Origin: Camelus ferus
Taxonomy: Eukaryota
Assembly: GCF_009834535.1 (NCBI RefSeq)
Contig: NC_045697.1
Location: 90,646,001-90,710,000 of the forward strand
DNA length: 64,000 nt
Direction: 5' to 3'
The position numbers and the translations under genes were made by a program. The first letter of the stretch is position 1. Each line of letters opens with the position of its first letter. Below the pieces are notes generated by a model. That model did no database searches and was not told the origin of the DNA. It worked only from the letters and a program-made list of their open reading frames with translations. Of this stretch, positions 1-44,660 are shown piece after piece.

Positions 1-1144
1 GATTTAAAGAGCCAAATCCAAAGTAGAAAGTTCTGAAGGTGGAAGGATGTGATTCCTAGCTTGCATCAGCAACTCAGCCCTCCTTTCTGTGTCTGTGTAG
101 TGTCATTTGCCTCTTTTATTGTTACTGAGCTAATACTTCACTATAGTCCAGTGTTCTTACACTGTGGGACTTAAATTATTGTGTGAAAATGTAACCCCTC
201 CTGATCCCTGGATGTTTAATCATTAGATGCCTGTCTTGCAAAAGCCATTATGACTATTATAGGCCTTGTAAGTTTTCTAATATGCTACAGTATTTAATAA
301 TAAATATAAACTAGTATTTCAGAACTTTTTTCTGTATCCCAGTTGCTGACATCAAGGTAATAAGACACAGGTATTTCTAAAATGTAAATACATTGTAAAA
401 AAATCCTATTAAAAAAGGGAGGAAATATTTGATTTAGTTGGTGTCAGCATCCAAACTCTTTCACATTTGTTTCATTCTTTAACATACTTGATTATGTATA
501 CATGGAAGAATCCCATGTATAAACCAAGAAAGCCAGTTTAATGACAAAGATAATTGCTTAAGTTTTGGTCTGCAATTAAGGGACTAAGGGCAAATAATTA
601 AACCTGTTCTTCAGATTCACTTTCTGTAAATGCTTGTACTAACCTCTCTTATCTCAGGCGTAAGATGAAGAGGGAGAAAAAATTAACATGCATAAATTGA
701 AGAAAGTTATTTTTCTGAATATATTCTTAACTAAAATTATTACACAAATAGTACATGTTCATTGTAGAAGTACAGGCATGTTAAAAGATGAAAATAAAAA
801 TTGTAATTTTTCCACCCAGAAATAAAACTTCCAGGTGGTTTTCTTTGTGTGTATTTCAAGAGTAGATTATATGTTATATTTTGTTTGATATCCTCTTTCT
901 ATATAAAATACATTTCTATACCATTAGTTTTTATGTTTGTATAATCATTTCTGTCATTTAATTCATCCCTTACTGGCTACTCAGGTTGTTTATATTTTCT
1001 TTTTATAAGCAGTGCTGCAATAACTATCTTTGTAACTAAAGTTTTGACCCTTAATTCCTTCAAATAAGTTCCTAGAAGTAGAACTACTGAGTGTGCATAT
1101 TTTTAAGGCCTTAGATATGTTTGTATTGTTGAAGTATAGGTACA

Positions 1145-1164
1145 GGGATGGGAATTTCCATCCC
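1145..1164. promoter_or_regulatory. Candidate NF-kB / NFAT5 (TonE) site inside a near-perfect 20-bp palindrome
   Basis: GGGATGGGAATTTCCATCCC; GGGAATTTCC at 1150-1159; the minus strand reads TGGAAATTCCC, fitting TGGAAANNYNY. Motif match only. Confidence 0.35.
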
Positions 1165-1641
1165 AGACTTAATTATATCAGAGCAATTAGTTTCACACGT
1201 GGGAAAAGAAAACTGCAGCCAGGAATCCTCATTCAGTATCAGATTAAAGCATGTGGTCAACTAAAACATGCTGCCTGAATTGATAATGGTGATTTCTGTG
1301 TGCCATGCATTGTGCTTGCACTGTCATACATGTCACACCAATTCTATGAGTTTGGAAATACTAGCTATCTTTTTCTGTAGGAAGCCTTAAGCAAAGTTAG
1401 TATCTTGGCCAAGAACTAGTAAGCAATGAAATGGATTCAGTTTCATGTTTCTTTGACCCCAGAACCCTAATGTCCTTACATTATCTTCTGGCATATGGAC
1501 AGTATATACATACTGGGTTAGTGAGGAATGTAATGATCAAACTTATTTTACAATAAGAAAAATAGGTTTTTTTAATGAAACTATTTCAAGATGTTTTTGT
1601 TAGGTGTATGTATTTGTTATATCAAAAAAATTCTGTAGGAT

Positions 1642-1772
1642 TGGGGGGAGGGTATAGCTCAAGTGGTAGAACGCATGCTTAACATGCACAAATACCTCCT
1701 CCAAATATAAAAAATAAATAAATAAACCTAATTACCTCTCCCTCATAAAACAAAGGAAAAATAGCAAAACAG
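1642..1772 (+). mobile_element. tRNA-derived SINE (camelid vic-1-like) with B-box deleted
   Basis: GGGGAGGGTATAGCTCAAGTGGTAGA head with A-box, A-rich tail, perfect 13-bp TSD AATTCTGTAGGAT (1629-1641 and 1773-1785). Confidence 0.85.
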
Positions 1773-2744
1773 AATTCTGTAGGATCATATATAACATTCA
1801 GTTCTCCGATTTTTGTCTTCATTACTTTTTCCCTGTTTCTTTACCAGTGTATTTATAATCTGAAAATATGGCAAAATATTATTTATACACTACATCTCAG
1901 ATATGTGAGACGTCCTCTTCAGTGCACAAAAGTAGAAATCACTTACTTATTGAGGATTGAAAATAAATATTTTTGCACAAAGGAAATGCCAAACCCCAGA
2001 CATTAACAGTGCTAGTTGGGTAGGAGGAATTCTTAAGGTGATAGCAGTTTGGGGCAGGAGAAGAGTTTTACATTTTTAATTAAATATTCTTTGTACTATA
2101 TGAATTGGTTTTGTTTGTATGTTTTACTATGAGTTTATGTTAACTTTGATTTAAAATATTTTAAATGCTGAAGAACTACATAAAGTAAATCTCCCCTTGT
2201 CTCTTCCCAACCATCTCCTAAACTTTAGTGTGTATATTTCTATATGTATGTGAGTACATATATATGTATATAACTGGGATGTTTTTCTTTCTTTTTTTTT
2301 TTAACAAAAGTAGAATTACATTATACATATTTTGCAATTGCTTTTTTCAAAATATATTGTGGTCATCTCACACTTGCTCATTTGGCTCTAATTTACTTTA
2401 TTCTTTTTAATGGCTGTACAGTATTCTGTTGATAGGTACACTACTATTGGTGTACATTTCAAAGTATTTTGCTGTTGACAAAAGATTCAATGAAGTCCCT
2501 CCCCCCCTTTTTAAATGAAATTGTGCCTAAATGTGTGGAAGGGCAGATGTCTCACAATTTAGCATGACCAAAGCTAGGACTATAAAATCTTCTAGTATGA
2601 ATATTATCCACAAAATAAAGTGACTCTCCAGTCATTGCCATGAATTTGTGGGTGAAAAAGTCTGAAAAGTTTCTAGCAGGCAAGGAATGATAGGTACAAA
2701 TTACATAATCAGTGTTATGAGTTTAAGATGTTTAACATGCCATT

Positions 2745-2860
2745 GGTAGTCTTTTTAGTATGTGGTCATTATAATACAAATTAATGAGCATGGCTGTGTT
2801 CTGATAAAACTTTATTTACAAGAATAGATGGCAAGGGGTAATTTGCAAATCTCTATTCTA
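2745..2860. mobile_element. MER58A-like hAT fragment
   Basis: gagcatggctgtgttctgataaaactttatttacaa motif, also present in the copy at 36 kb. Confidence 0.6.
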
Positions 2861-3402
2861 GGCAGTCATAATCAAAATACTCAAAATTATTGTGCATTGC
2901 TATTTGTCTTTGAACTGGTGAATTTTAAGTAGGATAACCAATGTATCTATATTAATGTCTGATTTCTGTTAATGGTTTCAAGTTATGAACTTATATAATT
3001 TGTGATTTATTACTAAAAGCATTTGGAAACTCAAAGGAATTATTATTTTTACATGCTAAAATGTTTTTATTGTCCATATTGAAAGATTGGAAAGTTTGTA
3101 TTACTAAATCATATATGCTTGAAAGTCTTACCTTTCTACGTAGCAAGCTAGAAAGGAAATGGCAACAATAAGTCCTTTTGAGAACATTCCTCCCCCACCT
3201 CTTCTAGGGCAGTTTTTTTTCTGGATAGTTAAGTTCGAGAAATAATAACCAGATGTTTTCTTTACTGTAGAAAGTCTCAGATCCCTTAATTTTCTTTACA
3301 GGCATTGAAACATTTCTAAGAAAAGAATGTTACCCCCAATTTATTTGAACCTCTAAGGGATTATTTTGTACAGAACACTATTTTGGATGTGATGCCCTAG
3401 GC

Positions 3403-3623
3403 CAGTGGTTCTCAACACGAGATTTTGTTCCCTAGGACACATCTGACTATCCGAAGATATTTTTGGTTAACACACAGTGGGAGGGAGAAGGGAGGAGGGC
3501 TACTGGCATCTAGAAGGTAGAGTCCAGGGATGCTTCTAAAATCCTGTGGTGTACAGAATAGCCCAAATCTCCCAACAAAAATTTGGCCTAAAATGTCAGT
3601 AGTACAAAGGTTGATAAATCCTG
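3403..3623. mobile_element. MER20-like hAT-Charlie MITE
   Basis: Termini cagtggttctcaac...gttgataaatcctg; internal ctactggcatctag...ccagggatgct; ~220 bp. Confidence 0.8.
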
Positions 3624-5384
3624 CTCTATAGCCATCTTGGCAACCATAGTTGAAAGTAGTTGCTCAGCAGTTGACAGTTCGATTCAGAGCCAAATTGGCC
3701 CTGTCTGGAGCTGACCTCTTGATGTAAACCATTTGACTGTCTCTCATATCAATTCAGCTATTGTCTTCCTTAGCATCTACTGAATGATAGCAGAAGAGGC
3801 TATAAATAGTCATTGTGATCTTATGGAACTGGCAAAGGAAAGCAGAAATTTTTTAAATAGGGCTATTTTAAAGTGGGAAGATCAAGAGGTTTTGAATCCT
3901 TAGTGGAGATTTATAAAGAAGCAAACAAATTTAGAGTGGTGACCTCTTAGGTGAGAAGTCTCATAGTGCTGTCAGTATGTTATTTTCTCCAACCTCACCA
4001 TGCTTGGCCTTATAAAAACAGGTTTTATAAGAGAGAAAATAAATCTAAAATTTTAGGGGAAAATAACAAATAACAGCTTTCTTGAAGTAACATTCTGTCA
4101 TTTGATTTTTATGCCCTTTACTAAAAGCGGTACAGAACATTTAGAAGTTTTGCTTGTTTGTTTAGAATTTTGTGTCATTCTCTGAAAATCTAGGACTACT
4201 ACTATGGTGGCAACATCAGACTGGATGTTATAGATTTAAGCTGCATTGTAAAAATTTTTTTCCTTTTAGGTACAAAATGCAATTTCTAAATAGTAGTTGA
4301 AATAACCTGTTAAAAAGTGTAATATAATTGGATAATGTGATAGATATTTGGATAAACTGTTGAATATCCTTTTTATAAAAACTTTCATATCAACTTAATG
4401 TGTGGTATAATATATCTGTTTCCCTTGGTATTACTGAAAGTGAGGTAGAAGTTTTGAGAGAGGATAGGTGTTTAACTTATTTTGATTTTCCTGAGAATCC
4501 TTGGCAGATAATTTATTTAATGGCTGTGTCCTAGAATCTTTTTGAAAAAAAGCTGAAGAAAGGATTTTGAAGACCTTCAGTACGTGAGGAGAGTTTTCTG
4601 TGTGTTGAAACTGGGTATTTCCAAGCTGTAACATTAAGTTTTTTACACTTTAAAAGTTGTCTGCTTTTAATTTCAGAGAATATCTGATAATGGTAACTGT
4701 TTATCTTTCTTTGTGAAGTGATATAGGTGGAAGCATATTTCAATATTTATATGATTTAAATGATAGTTGAATTGGTCTTATTTGGACTTAAATGTTCTAA
4801 CAAGTTACCCTTGAGAATCAACCTTGGAGTAAAATTTTCTGTGCCTTGAAGTGATGGTAGCCTCATACTGAAAACTTAAAAGTATTCAGAGAGGAATCTG
4901 AATAATGGAGTCGAGACCAAGACGGATTATAAACTAGGCTAAGAGATGGCAAATCAACATTTTCTGTGAGTTCTAGGATTGTACTCACATAGATTGCCAT
5001 AATAGATATGCAGATATCCACTCTGGCAGAGACCATGTTGAATTCAAGGAGTTATTTGCAAGAGATGTTAAGATATCATCTGAACCACTGATTCTTACTG
5101 TATCCTTATTTTCCTGTTTTCACCAGATCACAATGAAAGAAAAGTAACTTCCATTTCCTCTTACATCTGTTCATCACATTTGACGTTTTAATTCTAAATA
5201 TGTATCTGCTTGGATGTCTCAAAGGTAGCTTCATCTCAGCATATCCAAAATAGAACTTTTGCTGGTCTAGCCCCAAATGGGTCTCTCTCGCAGTGTTTCT
5301 GTCTCATTGCATGGTACCACTGTATACTCTCTTATGGAAACTAGAAACCTAGACATTATTCATGCTGCTTTCTATTATCTATTC

Positions 5385-5714
5385 CAGTACTATTCAATAA
5401 AAATAGATATAATGTATGTGAGTGACATACATAATATTAAATGTTCTAGTAGTTACATAAAAAGATAAAAACAGGCAAAATTAATTTTAATATACTTGAT
5501 TCAGTGCAGTATATTCAAAAACTTATTTCAACATATAATCAGTATTTTAAAATTAATAAGATATTTTAACATTACTTTTTAAATTTTAAATCTTCAAAAT
5601 CCAGAGTGTATTTCACACTTAAAGTAAGTACATCTTAATTCAGACTAGCCTCATTTCACGTGCTTTATACACATGAAACACACGTGTCTAGTGGCTGCCA
5701 TATTGCACAGTGAA
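5385..5714. mobile_element. MER33-like hAT MITE nested in an L2 remnant (~5200-6160)
   Basis: ttctagtagttacataaaaag...catcttaattcagactagcctcatttca...ctagtggctgccatattg; flanks resemble L2. Confidence 0.7.
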
Positions 5715-6516
5715 GATCCAGTTCATCACCAAGCCGTTTGAGTTTAGCTTCTAAATATCTCTTAATTGCTTTTCCTTCTTTCTCAGCTGCCACTATCCTG
5801 GTAGAGATTATTGATAATTTCTAGCTCTCCTCCCATTACTCTAGTTAAAATGATCTCCACAGACACTCCCCTCTTGAATCTATCATTTACTCTTCCTTCA
5901 AGTGTCATCACTTTCTCAGGTAAGCCATTCCTGATCCCCCTCTTTTGGGTCAGTTCCTGCTGTTACCTTCTTTCATTGCACCATGTGTACCCTTTGTTGT
6001 ACCACATTGTTTACCTTCTTTTGTGAGTCTTCAGCAGTGTAAGTTCCAGGAGAGCCCAAACTATGTATTTTTCCCTTGCTATTAATAATTCTAGTACCCA
6101 ACAGAGTGCCAGACATCTAGTAGTTACTCAGCAGTCATCTGTTAAATCGACTAAATGAACTTACCTGCCTGCCTTCCCTGAAAAATCCAGTGTCCCCAGT
6201 GTAAGTGTCTTGTCAAGCCCTTGAAAAGCACTGTTCTGGGATCTTTCCTTTTCAGTTTGTATTATGTATAAGCATGAAGTGTTCTTTCCATTGTTCAAAA
6301 ACCTTTAATGGACTCTCATAACCTACTTAAATATATTTCAAATTTATAATACGTCATTTTTGTGTAATCTGGCCCTAATACTATCTACAAAAATGTCCTA
6401 TAAAACTAGCCAAGTTGTGTTCTTCCTTGTTTCCAAATTAGTGTACCCTTAGGAGCCATCTTCCCATTCATTCAGTAATTCATTCTTTGGCTGTGTACCA
6501 GATAATGATCTAGACC

Positions 6517-6705
6517 AGTGCTATCCAGTAGAACTTTCTATTCTACTATGTATGTTTTATGTATTTTCTGTTTTCTGTATATCCACTAGCCATATGTAGC
6601 TGTTAAAGTACTTGAGAGTTGGTTGTTGAGCCCTTGAAATGTAACTAATGCTGAGGAACTGAATTTTTAATTTTAGTCAGTTTAAATTTTATTAGCCACA
6701 TGGAG
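6517..6705. mobile_element. MER3-like hAT MITE
   Basis: cagtgctatccagtagaactttc...ccactagccatatgtagct...gaggaactgaatttttaatttt. Confidence 0.7.
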
Positions 6706-7170
6706 TTCACACTCTAGTGTGGAGATATAATCAGTAAAACAATAAATTGTATAAGATGGTGATACATTATGGAGAAAAATACAATTGCGTAAACAAATGT
6801 ATGTGTTGGGGAGGAGCAAGAATGTTATTTATATAAAACAGTCAGAAAAGGTGTCTGATAAGCTGACATTTGAGCCAGAAACACGAGAGAGCTCAACCCA
6901 CATGTTCTAGAAAGAGAGAACAGCGTGTACAAAGGCCCTGAGGTAGAAGTGTGCTTGCCCTGTTCTAGACATGACAGAGACCTGTGTGCCTAGATTGAAG
7001 TTGTAGGTTAGAGCAGCTAAGAAACAAACCATGAAGGGCTGTATTGACTGTTGGGAAGACTTAAGCTTTTATTTTGTAAGACAGGACAGACACCATTGGC
7101 GGGTTTTTAGCAGAAGAGTTTCAGGATCTTAGTCTTTAAGAGAATCACTTGGGCTGTCATATTGAGAATA
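6705..7170 (-). mobile_element. L2 LINE remnant
   Basis: tgacatttgagccaga...aacagcgtgtacaaaggccctgaggtagaa...agaatcactt. Confidence 0.65.
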
Positions 7171-7559
7171 TGCCAGGAATGTCCTTTTCCACAAAACAGA
7201 TACATATTAAGATGCATTCTCTTCTTTAAAGTCTTAATTCAGAAATTACATCTAATTCTACTTGATTTTTCTAAATCTTACTGTCTAGAAGTGATTATTC
7301 GTTTTCTGCTAGCATCGTTCATAATTTTATTTTGTATGTTGATTTTTTTTAATAGACAATTCTTCAAGGACAGTGATTGTAACTGGTATATATAATGCCT
7401 GTAGATATTTGGTGATTAAATGAATTATTACCTGTAATTATGATTGAAGCCATGGACAAACATTTTCTTGAATCAGCATAAAATGGTATTTTGATAAAAG
7501 TGTTACTCTTTGCTTGCTTTTATAAGCAGAATAAGATTTAAATACAGTAATTAAAACAG

Positions 7560-7745
7560 CAGTCATACTGTTCAAAGCATTTACCTATATTTACTCATTT
7601 AATCCTCACATGGCCCTATGAGTAGGTATTATTATCATTGCTCTCTTCCAGATGGGAAACTGAGGCAAATAACAGATAGGTAATTTCCATAGGTTACTTA
7701 GCTGTTACGTGAGAGCCAGGATTTAGATCCAGGCAGTCTGGCCTT
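7560..7745 (-). mobile_element. MIR SINE
   Basis: Core ctcatttaatcctcac...cagatgggaaactgaggc. Confidence 0.8.
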
Positions 7746-8043
7746 ACTGAATACAGATAACTGTTTTAGAAAGTCATAGACCAGTAGAATTTGGAAAACA
7801 ATTTTGGGACCAACGTAGTGTTGCTAACTATTAGCACATTTTTTAAAATTCTAACATGTATTCTGATCATTATTCCATTACTTAGAAGAGCTTGAAAATT
7901 ATGTAAAACTCTGATTTCAGTAACCTATTTTTTAAAATAATACTCTATTAATCCTTCAAATTCATTTTTGTATTAAGAGAAGCAGAATAATAACACATTA
8001 ATATAAAAATACCTTGGGAACAAACTTGTTTTTTCCTTTTTAG

Positions 8044-41508
<33,465 letters not shown>

Positions 41509-43800
41509 GTCTTAATTTTACCATCACATAATTCAAACAGTGCAAGTAACCACAGGGGCCATCCTTCTTTTACATCTGGTACACACAACAGATGTTTAGT
41601 TGTTCTTAACCACTTTTTGTCATTTGTTTTTTGGAGTAGTTCTGAAAAGTGTTCTATATTGAGTGCACCTCTGTTCATTTCCATTGCTGCTTATGTGAAG
41701 CTTTAGCTGAATATAGACTTACAAGTCAGTTTAAGCTATCCTAATGTATTTTATACCAAACATGCAAGATTGAGAAGTAGTTGGCAACAATCTACCTTAT
41801 TTAAAGCTTCTACTTGGATAAACCTCAGCTCCTTTATTCAGGAAAGGATATTGTATTGCACTGTTGTTGCAGAAGCATAGATTTAATTGCATCATTATTT
41901 TGAAAAACAAATATTGAAATTGATGTGGTTTAAAGCCACTGAGGCACTGACCTTTTTCTAGTTACTGTACTGTTATAATTTAAATATTAAAATAAGAGGT
42001 TCCCTGACAAATTAGTCCATCTCATTGTTGTGCCATGAGAACTCCAAAACTTTGTCATATAAACTACATCACACATTGAAAGGGAAAATACACTATTTTA
42101 TGTTAGAGTGGCACCAGCAGTTTGCTTTTATTTTTTTTACTAGTCATGTGGATTGATGTTTCTCAAAGAAATCTGGTGTCTTTTGCACTTGAAACTTCTC
42201 ATCTACTTGTCCTGAAGACCACCTGCTGCTAAAGTATTGCTAGCCTAAAGATGATGAACCATTTTTGATGAAAATACTTTACCTTAAGGGGGAGATGCTG
42301 TTGACCTACTCAGACATGCATCTGTGATGTTGATAGCCTTGTTTCAGTTTTAATAGTTCTTTTGGTTTTCTTAACGGATTTCATTAATATGTTAACACAG
42401 GGTAGGGAGAAATGGCACAATGTGTATTGCATTATATACATTTATCACTGATTTGCTTAATGTCAGAATATAAACACTATTAAATAAGTGATAATACTTG
42501 AAAAGAGGCACTTCTTATACAGTTAAGTCTTAGGAAATAATGCTTGTAATAAACCTAACTATGTTACATATCAACAGACAAAATATAGAATGTTACATAG
42601 TCTGATATGATATGATTAAATTGTAGTTCTTGCTGTTACATTACTTGTTCAGACCTTGGCTCCAGTTTTGGTGCTTCATATACAAATTATATGGGACAAG
42701 GGACTGTAAAATTAAGATATTTTAAAGACTTAATCTGTGCTTCATCACCAGATTTGTTGACATTGTTCAGTTCTATCCAGAAGCTTGAAACTAAAAGTAT
42801 GGGAGCAGGCAGAAATAACTTTTCAACCTACAAGAAAAAGAAGCATAGACAATGCATGGGCACTTGCATTCTTAAACACCTCTCAACCAACCAGATTGAC
42901 CTAGGTTAAAATTTTGAAAGGCTCCCTCTTTCCCAAAGCCACATCTTTATATTTAGACGATTATATTAATACTGACTTTTCTTAAGTAGTAAAAATTGAG
43001 AGTTTAGTATCTTTAGGGGTAGTCTTTATTTCTCACTAGTTCTGTGAGAGAGATTTTGTTTCTACAATGTAGTCTGCACTGAAAGGAAAGTATGGAGCAG
43101 TGCATTTTGCAGGATTTTTATCCATCCTTTTTGAGGGAAGAGATGTCCCTTTTCTGCATTAAAAAAATACATAGACCCAATATATTTTTAATGTCTTCCA
43201 GCCTTTAACTATCCTTTTGTAATACTCTTAAAATGAAATAATTATATCCATTTTTAAAGCATGTATTGGTTACGTTTCATTTGTATGTTGAATATATAGG
43301 TTCACTTCAGTAAGAGCATCAAAGTTACGAAAGGGAGTATATAACAGTCAGTACACATAGGAGTTTATAGCTTTTCTTGAGTTAAAATCTCAACCCACTT
43401 TGTTAGGAGCCATACCTCCAAAACTAATTGGGCATAAACGTGGCAACAACTCTTTTTGCATCTGAATTGTCTAGTAAATCCTGACATTTTCAGTTCCTTA
43501 AGCCAGTTTATGCAGTTCTGTGTTTTGGTCAAAAATGTAACATTCCAGTTCCTACAGTTATGTAACACTTCATTTAATAAGTTAGTTAGATACATCCAAA
43601 GATAATGTGTATACTTTTCCTGCCCATTTATTTAACTTAAATTTTCAAAAGCTCTTAACATACTTATTGAATATATTAATAAAAAAGAAAATGTTCTCCT
43701 TAATACAGTCTTAGGTAGAAGGTAGGGTTCAGTTTATTTTTAATCTGCATGAAATACGCAGTGCTAAACAAAAAAATCAAAGGTTTTTTTTCAAAATAAA
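41509..43800 (+). other. HSPA4L: HSPA4L 3' UTR (3' end uncertain)
   Basis: Repeat-poor AU-rich sequence after the stop; candidate poly(A) signals ATTAAA 42479 and AATAAA at 42548, 43678 and 43795. Confidence 0.6.
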
Positions 43801-44614
43801 AAGCTGTAATTTTAGAAGTTAAGAAATACACAGAAAAACATGATGTTTTCCCGTAGTAAACAAATAAGAACTAACTAGGCAATACCTAGGATGATTAATA
43901 AATATAGAGTAATACACTTCGACTCTATGGAAAAGTATAAATTACTTGGTTTCAGGAATCAATGCCTGATAGCCAATTATACTGTGACTTTAAAAACAAA
44001 GATTGCTAAATAATATAACAAAAGAAAGTTTTTGATGTTTTAATTCCTTAGCAATGTACAGAATTCTTAAGTTTTAAAACAATTAGAAACGGTACACCAG
44101 AGAATTGGGCTACTGGAATAACCATCTCAATTTCAAAAAGGTAATTAAATTAGACTTATTAAGAAGAAATAGATTTCTCAAGACTCTTTGGGGGTCAACT
44201 TTTAGTATGTCCATGATTATATTTCTTAGCTAGAAATCTGTTTAAAGTGAATCTGGGGGATTAATTATCAGTATAAAATGATAATTTTAAAACATTTTAT
44301 CCAAATTAGCAAAAATTATCCATATTGACAGACAGCAACCATTTGAATACAGTGCTCAATTGACCCAAAATAAATATAACCATCCCTCCATTTTCATAAA
44401 TTTGAATTGTAATAGTAAGCCTACAAACAGTCCCATTAGGAATTTGTTTCGTTCTTAAGAGCTGGTATTTGGTAGTCCACAAAAATTAAAGCCTTGGCAT
44501 TAATTCTGCATATCATGGGTTTAGAAGAAACAGAAAAGTATAACTTCATCTTTCTTACCTTTTAGAATTTTACAACAAAAAACTTCAATTCTTACCCAAT
44601 TTGTTTGGGTAAGC

Positions 44615-44660
44615 AAAAAAAAAAACAAAAAAAAACCCAAAAAAAACAACAAAAAAACAA
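44615..44660 (+). repeat. A-rich tract preceded by a 9-bp hairpin
   Basis: cttacccaa-tttgt-ttgggtaag then c(A)n with interspersed C. Confidence 0.8.

Noticed and set aside
25..38. Heat-shock element (GAAagTTCtGAA)
   Set aside because: The third unit is spaced 1 nt too close for nGAAnnTTCnnGAAn.
1..8043. HSPA4L exon 1 and promoter
   Set aside because: No MSVVGIDLG-type coding sequence or CpG island was seen; this stretch is intron 1.
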